DNA of 64,000 nucleotides, from NCBI RefSeq assembly GCF_030684315.1, contig NC_081397.1, forward strand, positions 11,804,421 to 11,868,420, written 5' to 3'. Made by a program: the position numbers and the translations under genes. Below are positions 1 to 13,378 of the stretch, piece after piece. Every line of letters starts with the position of its first letter. The first letter of the stretch is position 1. This DNA is from Stegostoma tigrinum. Taxonomy: Eukaryota. The notes beneath the pieces were generated by a model. That model was not told where the DNA came from and did no database searches. It was given only the letters and a program-made list of their open reading frames with translations.

Positions 1-13
1 CCCTTCATTTTAC

Positions 14-440
14 TATCCTTCAAGTGCCTATCCAAGAGTTGCTTAAGAGTCTCTAAATGTATCTGACTCCACTCCCACTGCCAGCAGTGCATTCCACACA
101 CCCACCACTCTCTGTGTAAAGAACCTACCTCTGACATCTCCCTTATTCCTTCCTCCAGTCACCTTAAAATTTCTCCCCCTCGTAATAGTCATTTCTGCTC
201 TGGGAAAAAATCTCTGACTATCCACTCCAGCTATGCCTCTCATCATCTTGCATACCTCTACCAAGTCACCTATCATTCTTCTTTGCTCCAATGAAAAAAG
301 TCCTCGCCCCCTCAACCCTACCTCGTAAGACGTGCCGTCCATTCCATGCAGCATCCTGCTAAATCTCCGCTACACCCCCTCTAAAGCTTCCACATCCTCC
401 CTATAATGAAGCGACCAAAACTGAAGGCAATATTCGAAGC
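14..440 (-). mobile_element. CR1 LINE 3' fragment (end of RT ORF)
   Basis: Minus-strand translation GLFSLEQRR..GDLVEV.K.MRG..FFTQRVV..WNAL is the typical CR1 ORF2 C-terminus. Confidence 0.85.
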
Positions 441-554
441 ACTGCTCCATTCCCACGAACTAATGCTCTATTCCAAATCCCTTTCCTCTTGATGCTTTAA
501 ATTCCTTGCTGTCTTTCGTATAATTTCATATTTGAATTCACCTGAACAAATTTC

Positions 555-812
555 ACCTGCAGCCCTGACCCACTAACAGCGACTTGCCCTGCAGCCATGA
601 CCCGCTTGCAGCGACTTGCCCCCTCTGTCCTGACCCGCTTGCAGCGACTTGCCCCCTCTGTCCTGACCCGCTCCCAGCGACATGCCCCTGCAGTCCTGAC
701 CCGCTCCCAGCGACATGCCCCTGCAGTCCTGACCCGCTCACAGCGACCTGCCCCTCCAGCCCTGACCCGCTCACAGCAGCATGACTCTGCAGCCCTGACC
801 TGCTCCCAAGTC
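555..812 (+). repeat. 33-bp GC-rich minisatellite, about 8 diverged copies
   Basis: Unit such as acccgcttgcagcgacttgccccctctgtcctg repeats in tandem; explains the repetitive ORFs at 497-968. Confidence 0.9.
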
Positions 813-2652
813 AGCGACTTCGATGTTGTGGCCATTTCAGAGACATGGATGGAGCAGGGTCAGGAATGGATGTTGCAGGTTCCAGGGTTGAGATCTTTCA
901 TTAAGGTAAGGGAAGGTGGTAAAAGAGGGGGAGGTGTGGCTTTGTTGGTGAAAAACAGATCAGAGTAAACCGGTTGATGTCGTGTATATGGATTTCAGCA
1001 AGGCGTTTGATAAGGTTCCCCACAGTAGGCTATTTTACAAAATGCAGAGGAATGGGATTTTGGGAGATATAGCAGTTTGGATCGGAAATTGGCTTGCTGA
1101 AAGAAGACAGAGGGCTGCAGTTGGTGGGAAATGTTCATCCTGGAGACCAGTTACTAGTGGTGTACCGCAAGGGGCGGTGTTGGGTCCACCGCTGTTTGTC
1201 ATTTTTTTAAATGACCTGGATGAGGGCACAGAAGGATGGGTTAGTAAATTTGCAGACGACATTGAGGTCGGTGGAGTTGTGGATAGTGACGAAGGATGCT
1301 GTAGGTTGCAGAGAGACATAGATAAGCTGCAGAGCTGGGCTGAGAGGTGGCAAATGGTGTTTGATGCAGACAAGTGTGAGGTGGTGCACTTTGGTAGGAG
1401 TAACCGAAAGGCAAAGTTCTGGGCTAATGGTAAGATTCTTTGTATTGTAGATGAGCAGAGAGATCTTGGTGTCCGTGTACACAGATCCTTGAAAGTTGCC
1501 ACCCAGGTTGACAGGGCTGTTAAGAAGGAATACAGTGTTTTACCTTTTATTGACAGAGGGATCGAGTTCCGGAACCAAGAGCTTATGGTGAAGCTGTACA
1601 AAACTCTGGTGCGGCCGCACTTGGAGTATTGTGTACAGTTCTGGTCGCTGCATTATAAGAAGGATGTGGAAGCTTTGGAAAGGGTGCAGATGAGATTTAC
1701 TAGGATGTTGCCTGGTATGGAGGAAAGGCTGAGGGACCTGAGGATGTTTTCGTTAGAGAGAAGAAGGTTGAGAGGTGACAATTGAAACATATAAAATAAT
1801 CAGAGGGTTAGATAGGGTGGATATGAGAGTGTTTTTCCTAGGATGGTGACGGCGAGCACGAGGGGACACAGCTTTAAATTGAGGGGTGAAAGATATAGGA
1901 CAGATGTCAGAGGTAGTTTCTTTACTCAGAGAGTAGAACATAGAACATAGAACATAGAACAGTACAGCACAGAACAGGCCCTTCAGCCCACAATGTTGTG
2001 CCGACCATTGATCCTCATGTATGCACCCTCAAATTTCTGTGACCATATGCATGTCCAGCAGTCTCTTAAATGACCCCAATGACCTTGCTTCCACAACTGC
2101 TGCTGGCAACGCATTCCATGCTCTCTCAACTCTCTGCGTAAAGAACCTGCCTCTGACATCCCCTCTATACTTTCCACCAACCAGCTTAAAACTATGACCC
2201 CTCGTGCTAGCCATTTCTGCTCTGGGAAATAGTCTCTGGCTATCAACTCTATCTATGCCTCTCATTATCTTGTATACCTCAATTAGGTCCCCTCTCCTCC
2301 TCCTTTTCTCCAATGAAAAGAGACCGAGCTCAGTCAACCTCTCTTCATAAGATAAGCCCTCCAGTCCAGGCAGCATCCTGGTAAACCTCCTCTGAACCCT
2401 CTCCAAAGCATCCACATCTTTTCTATAATAGGGCGCCTAATAGGATATACTATAATAGTAGTAAGGGAATGGAATGCTTTGCATGCAACGGTAATAGATT
2501 TGCCAACTTCAGGTGCATTTAAGTCATCATTGGATAAGCATATGGACGTACATGGAATAGTGTAGGTTAGATGGGTTTCAGATCGGTATGACAGGTCGTC
2601 ACAACATCGAGGGCCAAAGGACCTGTGCTGTGCTGTAATGATCTATGTTCTA
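812..2652 (+). mobile_element. CR1 LINE: short APE-endonuclease piece joined to RT region and 3' UTR, interrupted by a nested CR1
   Basis: DVVAISETW (EN) at ~820; YMDFSKAFDKVPH, GVPQG, KFADD (RT) in ORF 982-1785; ends in ctatgttctatg tail at ~2652. Confidence 0.9.
1936..2437 (-). mobile_element. 5'-truncated CR1 nested in the preceding CR1
   Basis: (catagaa)n tail at 1936-1960; ORF 2029-2415 DALERVQRRFTRMLPG...; host sequence agtag is duplicated on either side. Confidence 0.9.
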
Positions 2653-5347
2653 TGACAGTATAACGGTGGCTGAAAGAACTTTTGAGGAGGACTCGTCTAT
2701 TGAGGTGGTATGGACTGAGGTTGCCGAGGAAGGGTTATCGACTGAGTCAGTATGGATGGAAGTTAGGAACAGCAAGGGAGCAGCCACCTCACTGGGGGTG
2801 TTCTACAGACCCCCAAATAGCAGTTGGGAGATCGAAGACCTCACTGGCCGGCCTATTGTTGAAAAGTGCAAACGTATCAGGGTTGTTGTTATGGGTGACT
2901 TCAACTTTCCCAATATAGATTGGAACCTCCTTAGTGCAGATGGTTTGGATGGAGCCGTTATTGTCAGGTGTGTTCCGGAGGGTTTCCTGACTCAGTATGT
3001 GGACAGGCCGACGAGGGGGGAGGCCATTTTGGATTTGGTGCTCGGCAATGAGCCAGGACAGGTGTCAGATCTCGTGGTGGGAGAACACTTTGGCGACAGT
3101 GACCGCAAGAGCCTCCCATTTACCATAGCCATGGAAAGGGAAAGGAGCAGTTACCAGGGGAAGATATTTCACTGGGGTCAAGGAAACTATGACGCTATCA
3201 GACAGGAGTTGGGATGTAGAGATTGGGACCAATTGTTACACAGAAAGGGCGCAGCAGACATGTGGAGGCGGTTTAAGGAGCAGTTGTTGCGAGTGATGTA
3301 TAAATTTGTTCCTCTGAGACAGGTAAGAAGGGCTAAGATTAAAGAACCTTGGATGACGGGTACAGAGGTGCTTCTTGTCAAAAAGCAAAAGGCAGCGTTC
3401 GTAAGGTGGAGGAAGCAAGGGTCCAGCACAGCTTTAGAGGATTACAGGCTTGCTCGGAAGGAGCTCCAAACTGGCTGAGGAGGGCCAGAAGGGGGCAGGA
3501 AAAAGGCTTGGCAGGAAGGATTAGGGAGAACCCGAAGGCATTTTACCTCATAGGTGAGGAATAAGAGAATGATCAGGGAGAAGGTAGGGCCGATCAGGGA
3601 TAGCGTAGGGAACTTGTGCGTGGAGTCTGAGCAGATAGTGGAAGCCCTAAATGAGTTTTTTGCTTTGGTTTTCACTAAGGAAAGGGACGTTGTTGTGAAT
3701 GAGAACTTTGAGGAGCAGGAAAACAGGCTTGAACAGATCAAGATTGAGGAAGTTGATGTGCTGGAATTTTGGCAAACATTAAGATTGATAAGTCCCCAGG
3801 ACCAGATCAGATTTATCCTAGGTTGCTCCGGGAAGCGAGAAAGGAGGTTGCTAAGCCGCTGGCGAAGATCTTTGCTTGCTCATTCTCCATGGGAGTCGTA
3901 TCGGAAGATTGGAAGGAGGCAAATGTTGTTCCTTTTTGCAAGAAAGGGAATAGGGAAATCCCTGAAAATTACAGACCAGTCAGTCGTCAGTCTGAGGTCT
4001 GTGGTCAACAAGATTTTGGAGAGATTTCTGAGGGATAGGATTGATGACTATTTGGAAAAGCATAGCATGATTAAAGGGAGTCAGCATGGCTTTGTGAGGG
4101 GCAGGTCATGCCTTACAAATCTTATTGCATTCTTTGAGGAAGTACGAGACAGGTTGACGAGGGTCGAGCAGTGGATGTGGTGTACATGGACTTCAGCGAG
4201 GTATTTGATCAGGTTCCCCATGGCAGGCTCATTAATAAAGCCAGGAGGTATGGGATACAGGGTGATTTGGCTGTCTGGATTCAGAATTGGTTGGCTGACA
4301 GGAGGCAGAGAGTGGTTGTAGATGGTAAGTATTCTGCCTGGAGGTCAGTGCTGAGTGGTGTCCCGCAAGGCTCTGTTCTTGAGCCTCTGCTGATTGTAGT
4401 TTTTATGAATGACTTGGACGAGGAGGTTGAGGGGTGGGTTAGTATGTTTGCTGATGACACAAAGGTTGGAGGTGCCGTTGATAGTATTGAGGGCGATTGC
4501 AGGCTTCAGCGAGACATTGACAGTATGCAGAGCAGGGCTGACAAATGGCAGATGGAGTTCAACCTGGATAAATGCGAAGTGATGCATTTTGGAAGGTTGA
4601 ACTTAAATGCTGAATATAGGATTAAAGGCAGGATTCTCGGCACTGTGGAGAAACAGTGGGATCTTGGTGTTCAAGTGCGTAGCTCGCTCAAAGTTGCCAC
4701 ACAAGTGGGTAAGGTTGTTAAGAAGGCATATAGTGTTTTGGCTTTCATTAACAGGGGGATCGAGTTTAAGAGCCGCGAGGTTATGCTGCAGCTGTACAAA
4801 ACCCTGGTGAGACCTCACTTGGATTATTGTGTCCAGTTCTGGTCGTCCTGTTATAGGAAAGATGTGGAGGCTTTGGAGAGGATGCAAAGGAGGTTTACCA
4901 GGAGCTGCCTGGACTGGAGGGCTTGTCTTACGAGGAGAGGTTGACTGAGCTTGGACTTTTCTCTCTGGAGAGAAGGAGGAAGAGAGGTGACCTGATCACA
5001 AGATAATGAGAGGCATGGATAGAGTCGATAGGCAGAGACTTTTCCCCAGGCCAGGTTTGCCTGCCTCGAGGGGTCATAGTTTGAAGGTGGTCGGACGAAG
5101 GTATAGAGGAGACGTCAGAGGGAGGTTCTTCACCCAGAGAGTTGTGAGCGCATGGAATAGTTTACCAGTGGTAGTCGTGGAAGCGGAGTCGGTAGTGACA
5201 TTTAAGCAACTCCTGGACATGCACGTGGACAGCAGTGAATTGAGGGGAATGTAGGTTAGGTTATTTTATTTTTGGATTAGGAATATTCCACGGCACAACA
5301 TCGTGGGCTGAAGGGCCTGCACTATGCTGTGCTTTTCTATGTTCTAT
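2653..5347 (+). mobile_element. CR1 LINE, most of ORF2 (EN+RT), frameshifted
   Basis: YRPP, MGDFNFPNIDW, LDLVL (EN); KSPGPD, QHGF, GRSCLTNL, FADD (RT) in successive frames; ttctatgttctatg tail. Confidence 0.92.
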
Positions 5348-5349
5348 GT

Positions 5350-6410
5350 AGTTATAATCAGAGGCAGTGTAGTTAGGGGAATGAACACTGTTCGTTGTGA
5401 CTAGGATCGAGAGTCTCGAAAGTAGTGTTGCCTGCCTGGTGCCTAGGTTCAGGGTATTCCATCTCAGCAACAAAGGAACTTGAAGTGGGAGGAGTAGAAA
5501 TCCAGCTATCATGGTACACACATGTACCATTGATATGGAAGAAAGAGGAAAGAGGTTCTGCTGAGGGATTATGAGCACTGAGGTGAGAAAGCAGAACCCG
5601 AAAGGTTATAATCTCTGGATTCTTATCTGAGCAATTTGGCACGGTGTGAACAAAATTAAAGATGTAAATGCATTGTTCAAATGGTGGCATGGCAGAAATG
5701 TGTTTGAATTCATGGGACATTGGCATCGCTTTGGGGAAGGAGGAAGTTGTTCCGGTGGTACAGACTCGACCAGAATCATTTTGGGACAAGTGTCCTGGCA
5801 AAAGACATAGCTAGGTCTCGGGGTAGGGCATTAAAGTAAAAAGTGTGGAGTGGGTGAGTTCAGTTGCATGGAAAATTATGGAAAAAGTTAGAAGCTGGTA
5901 AGTGCTCAGCAAAGTTTCCAGAGCAAGTAATAGGATAAAAAGTATGGAAATGGTCAGGAGTCTCCTTTCAGGTGCAGCAAACAAGAAGAGTGGCCACCCT
6001 GGAAATGCCAGACTGAAGGTCTTGTATTTAATTGCAGGGAGTGTATGAAACAAAGTGAATGAGTTTGTGGTGCCGATTGAAATTGACAGATACATTGTTC
6101 TGGGTGTCACAGAGAGGTGGTTGTTAGGGGATACGTTTTGGCAACTAAATATCCAATGATACATGCCCTCTAGAAAGAACAGGCGAATGGACAGAGATGT
6201 CAGGGTTGGCTTGTCAGTCAGAAATGAGGTAGCACTGAAGGAACCACAGCTCTTGAGCTTGTTTATTCATGACTTGGAGGAAAGAGGTGAATGTGCTGTG
6301 GCTAAATTAGGTAGATGACTCAAAAATATTAGAAAGACAAGGCATGACAGAGAAACAGAGATTTACCAGGATGTTGCTTGGATTGGAATGTATGAGGTAT
6401 AAGGAGGCTT
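5350..6410 (+). mobile_element. Old, degraded CR1 fragments (ORF1/EN/RT remnants)
   Basis: Decayed CR1-like segments such as tgcctggtgcctaggttc and agatttaccaggatgttgcttggattgga. Confidence 0.55.
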
Positions 6411-7214
6411 TGGTGGAAATGTTGTATAATAATAAATGCAATGAGACCAACCATGATTTCACCGAATGGTGGAGGAAATTCAATGTGCCAAATGACATTT
6501 TTAGTGAGTCTTATTGTTTGACAATGCATTGGTGAAGGTGTTTTTTTTTTCTCTCTTGGATGAGATGTAAAAATGAAATGTGCACCCTTCCTTTGATCTG
6601 GAAATAAATAATTGTTCTGAACGATTTCCATTGACTAGTAGCAATCTACAAGCATGACGATGTAAAGAGATTCTTCGCTTCTTTTTAATTGTGAAGTTAT
6701 ACTTTGGAATTAAGTAAGCATATATTATATTCATCACTGCATCTCCAAAAGTGCTCTTGTATGATAACAACATTTGAAAGAACACTCTTCAATGGTGGTG
6801 ATTTTCAGTTGCCATAACACACATGAAATTACATTGTTGGCCAATCTGTCCATGATTATTTCATTATCTTAAGTTTCAAACAGACAAGGAAATATTGGTG
6901 ATGCAATGAAGAACTTGATGATAAAATATAATTGCTGTTATAGTTTCCTTTTGCAAGAAATATTCGCAACAAATTGACTGGTCAAGGAAATGGGACACTG
7001 ACTGAGTACTTTGAATGTTGAAGTGATTCCTAAATGAAAATTATGACCTTGATGATTTCTCTTGCATGCAGATTTGAAGAGACTATTTTAAAAATCCTCT
7101 CGGTTCGTGGTTCAGGCGTAAAAGTGTCACATGTATATTTATGTATATACATGTACATGTGTAATCTGAAAAGAAAATGGATATAAATCACTTGTTACAA
7201 GGTGAGAATGAGCT

Positions 7215-7435
7215 ATTCAGATAGTCAGAACTGCCAATGTTGGTGTCTGAGATAACACATTGTAGAGCTGGAGGAACACAACAGGCAGGCAGCATCAGAG
7301 GCTCAAGAAAGTTGAGATTTTGGGTTAGGACCCTTCCTCCAAAATGGAGGGTGGAAGGGAGCTCAGAAACAAATAGCATGGAGAGGGTGGAGGTGCTGGG
7401 GAAGGTAGGTGGGATGGTGATAAGTGAGTACGATC
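7215..7435 (-). mobile_element. Penelope-like element terminal fragment
   Basis: Similar to the PLE terminal repeat at 25950-26085. Confidence 0.6.
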
Positions 7436-7849
7436 CAGATTGGAACAGATTTCTCCCAGCAGGTATTGAATACAAATTCCAAATCACTGTCAAAATCTTG
7501 GTGACTGTGAACATTCATGTTTTTTGTCTGTGTGTTTCAGTAATTGCATGACAGTTTGAATGGTTCGGTGAGCGTGAGGAACCGATGGACTCTCACACAC
7601 CAAGATGGAATTTAGTTCGAAGAGTGACTCCTCTTCAAAGTACTTACTTGCTTTTAAAATATTGACCATTTCTGCTGTCTAGTTGAACAAATTTAGCTTA
7701 ATACTGCTTCAATAGGAATGAGTGTTTAATAGGAACATATTTGTGAAACTTACAGTTCCTCAAGTTTAGCATAAACTGGTGGAGACTTTCCGTGCTTGCA
7801 AAAAGGCTCACCTCTCCAATAATACCGAAGGAAAATTGGAGTTTAAAAG

Positions 7850-9625
7850 TACACCCCCCCCCCACCCTCCTCCTCCTCCTCCCACCTCCCCACCTCCCTC
7901 CTCCTCCTTCCCCCCCCCCACCCCCCTCCTTCCCCCCCCACCCTCCTCCTCCTCCTCCTCCCACCTCCCACCTCCCTCCTCCTCCTTCCCCCCCCCACCC
8001 CCCTCCTTCCCCCCCACCCCCCTCCTTCCCCACCACCCCCTCCATCCCCCCCCACCCCCCTCCTTCCCCCCCCCTTCCTTCCCCCCCCCTCCCCCCCTCC
8101 TCCCCCCTCCTCCCCCCCTCCTCCCCCCCTCCTCCCCCCCTCCTCCCCCCCCTCCTCCCCCCCCTCCTCCCCCCCCTCATCTCCCCCCCTCATCTCCCCC
8201 CCTCATCTCCCCCCCTCCTCTCCCCCCCCTCCTCTCCCCCCCCTCCTCTCCCCCCCCTCCTCTCCCCCCCCTCCTCTCCCCCCCTCCTCCCCCCCTCCTC
8301 TCCCCCCCCTCCTCTCCCCCCCCTCCTCTCCCCCCCCTCCTCTCCCCCCCCCCTCTCCCCCCCTCCTCTCCCCCCCTCCTCCCCCCCCCTCCTCCCCCCC
8401 CCTCCTCCCCCCCCCTCCTCCCCCCCCTCCTCCCCCCCCCCTCCTCCCCCCCCCTCCTCCCCCCCCCTCCTCCCCCCCCTCCTCCCCCCCCTCCTCCCCC
8501 CCCTCCTCCCCCCCCTCCTCCCCCCCCCTCCTCCCCCCCCTCCTCCCCCCCCCTCCCCCCCCCCCTCCCCCCCCCCCTCCCCCCCTCCCTCCCCCCCCTC
8601 CTCCCCCTCCTTCCCCCCCCTCCTTCCCCCCCTCCTTCCCCCCCCTCCTTCCCCCCCCTCCTTCCCCCCCCCTCCTTCCCCCCCCCTCCTTCCCCCCCCT
8701 CCTTCCCCCCCCCTCCTTCCCCCCCCTCCTTCCCCCCCCTCCTTCCCCCCCTCATTCCCCCCCTCATTCCCCCCCTCATTCCCCCCCCTCATTCCCCCCC
8801 CTCATTCCCCCCCCCTCATTCCCCCCCCCTCATTCCCCCCCCCTCCTTCCCCCCCCCCTCCTTCCCCCCCTCCTTCCCACCCTCCCCTTCCCACCCTCCC
8901 CTTCTCCCCCCCTTCTTCCCCCCCTCTCCCCCCCCTCTTCCCCCCCTCCTTCCCCCCCCTCCTTCCCCCCCCTCCTTCCCCCCCTCCTTCCCCCCCCTCC
9001 TTCCCTCCCTCCTTCCCCCCCCTCCTTCCCCCCCTCCTTCCCCCCCCTCCTCCTTCCCCCCCCTCCTTCCCTCCTCCCCCCTCCTTCCCCCCCTCCTTCC
9101 CCCCCTCCTTCCCCCCCCTCCTTCCCCCCCTCCTTCCCCCCCCCCCTCCTTCCCCCCCCCTCGTTCTCCCCCCCTCGTTCTCCCCCCCTCGTTCTCCCCC
9201 CCTCGTTCTCCCCCCCTCGTTCTCCCCCCTCGTTCTCCCCCCCTCGTTCTCCCCCCCTCGTTCTCCCCCCCTCGTTCTCCCCCCCCTCGTTCTCCCCCCC
9301 TCGTTCTCCCCCCCCTCGTTCTCCCCCCCTCGTTCTCCCCCCCTCGTTCTCCCCCCCCTCGTTCTCCCCCCCCTCGTTCTCCCCCCCTCGTTCTCCCCCC
9401 CCCTCGTTCTCCCCCCCCCTCGTTCCCCCCTCCTCCTTCCCCCCCTCCTCCTTCCCCCCCTCCTCCTTCCCCCCCTCCTCCTTCCCCCCCTCCTCCTTCC
9501 CCGTCCTCCTTTCCCCCCCGAGCCCCGTCCTCCTTCCCCCCCCGCCGCCTCCTCCTTCCCCCCCCCACCGCCTCATCCTTTCCCCCACCCTCCTCCTCCT
9601 CTTCCCCCACCCTCCACCTCCTCCT
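7850..9625 (+). repeat. ~1.8-kb C/T polypyrimidine low-complexity tract
   Basis: Almost exclusively C and T, with drifting short units. Confidence 0.97.
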
Positions 9626-9825
9626 NNNNNNNNNNNNNNNNNNNNNNNNNNNNNNNNNNNNNNNNNNNNNNNNNNNNNNNNNNNNNNNNNNNNNNNNNNN
9701 NNNNNNNNNNNNNNNNNNNNNNNNNNNNNNNNNNNNNNNNNNNNNNNNNNNNNNNNNNNNNNNNNNNNNNNNNNNNNNNNNNNNNNNNNNNNNNNNNNNN
9801 NNNNNNNNNNNNNNNNNNNNNNNNN
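9626..9825. other. Assembly gap (200 N)
   Basis: Run of N. Confidence 1.
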
Positions 9826-9829
9826 TCCA

Positions 9830-10198
9830 CTAAACTATCTGTACCATTTTGCATCTTACAATTATCCTCTACACTACCCATTACATGGTCAAGTTTGTGT
9901 TGTCTGCAAACTTCTCAAATAAGCCCACCACATTCAAGTCCAAATCATCAATGTAGAAAACGGACAGCAGGGGTCCCAACACTGTGCCATGCTGAGCACC
10001 ACTTGAAACAGCTTTCTATTCACAAAGGCAGCAATCAACCACTACATTTTGTTTCCTGTCACTGAGCCATCTTTGGACCCAATTCAACATATTGCCCTGT
10101 ATTCCAGAGGCTTTTACTTTCTGGACCAGTCTACCATGTGGCACTTTGTCAAATACCTTACTAAAATCCAAACAGATGGCATCCGATGCACTTCCCTC
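9830..10198 (-). mobile_element. Old CR1 RT fragment
   Basis: DAICLDFSKVFDKVPHGRLVQK on the minus strand. Confidence 0.8.
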
Positions 10199-10199
10199 A

Positions 10200-11900
10200 C
10201 ACATTCACATCACAGAAACTGACAAGGACAGACTGATAACTAAACTGATATATCCACATTGTAGAAACTGACAGAGACTGACTGATGAATATGTTTACAT
10301 ATTCACACAAAAGTAATTAGTCACTGCCTATTTCTGCGATATAAATGAGCTTATCAATCTGTTTACATTAGTTTCTGCCATGTGAATGTTTGAGTGCAGT
10401 TATCAGTTATCTGTCAGTTTGTGTACTGTGCATACGAGAGTGCAGTAATTAATCTCTAGCTGTAAGCATCTGCTACTTCAAAACATGAGTATAATTATCA
10501 ATCTTTACCTGTTAGGTCCTGCTATGTGAATGCATGAGTACTGTGATCAATCTATTCTTGTACTTGTGCTCTGTGAAATGTAGTTTTAAATTTGTCCCTG
10601 TCAGTCTGATATGTGAATGCATGAGTGTATTTACCATTCTGTCCCTGCCAGTTTCAGGTCTGGGAATATATAAATATAGTTCTCAATTTTTATCTGTCAG
10701 TTACTTCTTTGTCAATATGTGAATGTTGTTAGCTGGAGCAGATAGCAATTGATATGTTAATATGTGAGTGCAGTTATGGATCTGTGCCTGTCAGATTCTG
10801 CTCTTTGAATATGAGTTCAATTGTCAGTCTATGCCTATCAGTTTCTGCTCTGTCAATCTGGGAGTATAGTTATCAATATTTAATTGGCAAACTCTGTTCT
10901 GTGAAAATGAATTTAGTTGTTCAAATGTCATGTTCAGATTATGCCAAATGAGCCTGAGCGTGACATCTTTATTCTGTCCATATCAGTTTCTGCTATGTAC
11001 ATATGTCAATGTCATTACTATTCTGCCCCTGTCAGTTTCTGGTTTGTGAATGTGAGAATTTAGTTATTAATCTCTACTTGTCAGTTTCAGCTAAAAGAAT
11101 GAGAGTTTCACTGCCGATTTCTGCCTGTCAGTTTATGCTCTGTCAACATGTGAGTTTAATAATCAGCCTATCCCTCTCAGTCTGCTGTGTGAATACAGTT
11201 GTGTAGATATCAATCTGTACACTTTCAGCCTCTGCTTGGTGAATATGTTTGTGTAATTCTCAGTCTATCACTTGCAGTTTCTGTTATGTCAATATATGAG
11301 TTTAGTTATCAGTGAATACCTGTCAGTTTCTTCTGTGTGAATATGTACATGTCATTGTCAATCAGTACCTACGGCAGTAGATGAGTGTAGTTATTGGTCT
11401 ATGCCTGTCAGTTTCTGCTCTGTGCATCGGTGAGTGAAGTTACCAATCTGTCCCCCATCAGTTATTTGAAACCAAGACTGTTATAAACAATCATTCTGCT
11501 TTGGGAATGTGTGATTTTACCCATCAATTTCCACCTATGAGTTTCTGGCTTTGAATCGGCAAATGCATTTATCAATGTGTAACAGTCAGTTTTTATTCCG
11601 TGAATTTGCATGCAACAACATTATTCTTCCTGTCAGTATCTGCAACATAAATGTGAGGGTGGATTTCCCCATCTCTCCCAGTCAGTTTCTGCTGTGTAAA
11701 TGGCCAAGTCAAATTATCAGCCCATGCCTGTCAGTTCCTGTTATTTGAATGTGAGAGCGTCATGATAAATCTGTACCTATCAGTTTCCACCATGTGAATA
11801 TGTGTTTCATCATCAATTTTCTCGTGTGTTTCTGGAATGTGAATGAGTCAGTGTAGGTATCAATCCGTATCTGTCAGTTTCTACTGTTGTGTATCAATGT
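10200..11900 (+). repeat. Degenerate ~49-bp satellite array (first ~120 bp inverted)
   Basis: Recurring gtgtagttatcaatctgtacctgtcagtttctgctgtgtgaat-like unit. Confidence 0.85.
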
Positions 11901-13378
11901 GCCTTGATTCTCTTGCAACCAGTAATATTGTCTGTGAACATGCAACATATTCTTATATAGCTAATATGGTGTTGAGACTGGGTATTAATCTCTTCGCCAT
12001 TTTGAGACTTCTGAGTTCATTGTCAGTTGGCAGGATCGAGGAGGGGTCATGGAAGTGGGACTGATTTCCTATGAGAACCATTCTGAATCAACAACACAAT
12101 TTACAGTTTATGTGCTGAGTGTGGGTTTTATATACCGATCGTATCAGATGCTGATTCTCTGTCTCAGTACGGGATTTGTTTTTTCAGGCTTCAGTAGTAT
12201 CAATGAGACATTTAGATTTTTTTTGTATTGGACATTGTTAGTGCTCTTTCTTAAAGATTTTGCTTTGCACCTGTCTGTCTATTTCTATGTTATATTTTTA
12301 TAATAACACTCTATACAACAGAATATCATTTACTTCATCACCAGGATCAGAATCAAGGTGAGGTGCAGCGTGGAAGCAGACCATTCAGCCCACTGTGCTT
12401 GCACTGGGACATTACATTCTGCATACTAGTTTCCAGTAATTGTTGGAATTGTGAACTTCCTCCACTCACTGCCAGTGTCTGTTAGTGCCAATTTGACATT
12501 ATTTCTCCAGTTATCAGCCTGCGAATAGCTGCAGTGCTAGCTTCGTGATGTCGGCAACCATCTCAGATACAGTAGATATTCACTGACTCTGTATGATTGA
12601 GGGATTAATATTACATTGACATTTGTCCCTACCACAAGGACTAACATGATTGTGCTGTAGGGAAGGTTGACATGAACATCAAGCCCTTTGTAGAAAATTG
12701 AAAAAAAAATTGAAAGAGATACGCAATGTTTCTTGCCAGACTGAAGAAGAAAAAAAGAATATTAACTCCTGTAACGTGAAGAAATGATAAGGGTGAGGAT
12801 AGCAGTTCCTCTTCAGCCTCAATACATTCATGGAAGTAGAATGCTGGCTGATTGGGATTAAAAAAATAGTTGTTCACTTTTTAAAAACAAAAAAAAAGGT
12901 GCAGACCCAATGGGCTGATGGGCCTTTCTCTTGTGCCGTAGATTTCTCTAACTTGAGGGTGTTAGTGGAAATCATTTTGAGTCTATCATTGTCTATGATT
13001 TGCAGTGAACACAGAACGATTTGGTTCTTCCACATTGTAACATACACCTTCAGTCAGTCAGAGTGTGTGTGTGTGAGAGTGAGAGGAGGAGAGAATTATT
13101 CATCAAAGGATTAATTCTGTCCTTCTCAGTCACTGATAAAACTTCCTATAAACATGTTTCATCCACTTTAGTAACTCTTGGTGCACAGGTTCTTCCCATT
13201 TCTGTACTTAACATCTCACTGAGGTATGACTTTGAAACTATGATTTTTTTTTCTTGATTGTAACTTTGTAAAGGCCCTGATTCAATGCAGATTTAATGCT
13301 GTTCCTGAGTGGTCATCCGAAATAGAAAATCAGTCTATCCATCTTCAAAACTGGTGTCAGTGTCAATGGGCTACATAC

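Noticed and set aside
497-968. Repetitive ORFs on both strands
   Set aside because: By-product of the 33-bp minisatellite
7698-10065. Long Pro-rich and Gly/Arg/Glu-rich ORFs (extensin- or formin-like)
   Set aside because: Open in all frames only because the C/T tract lacks stop codons; they run into an N gap
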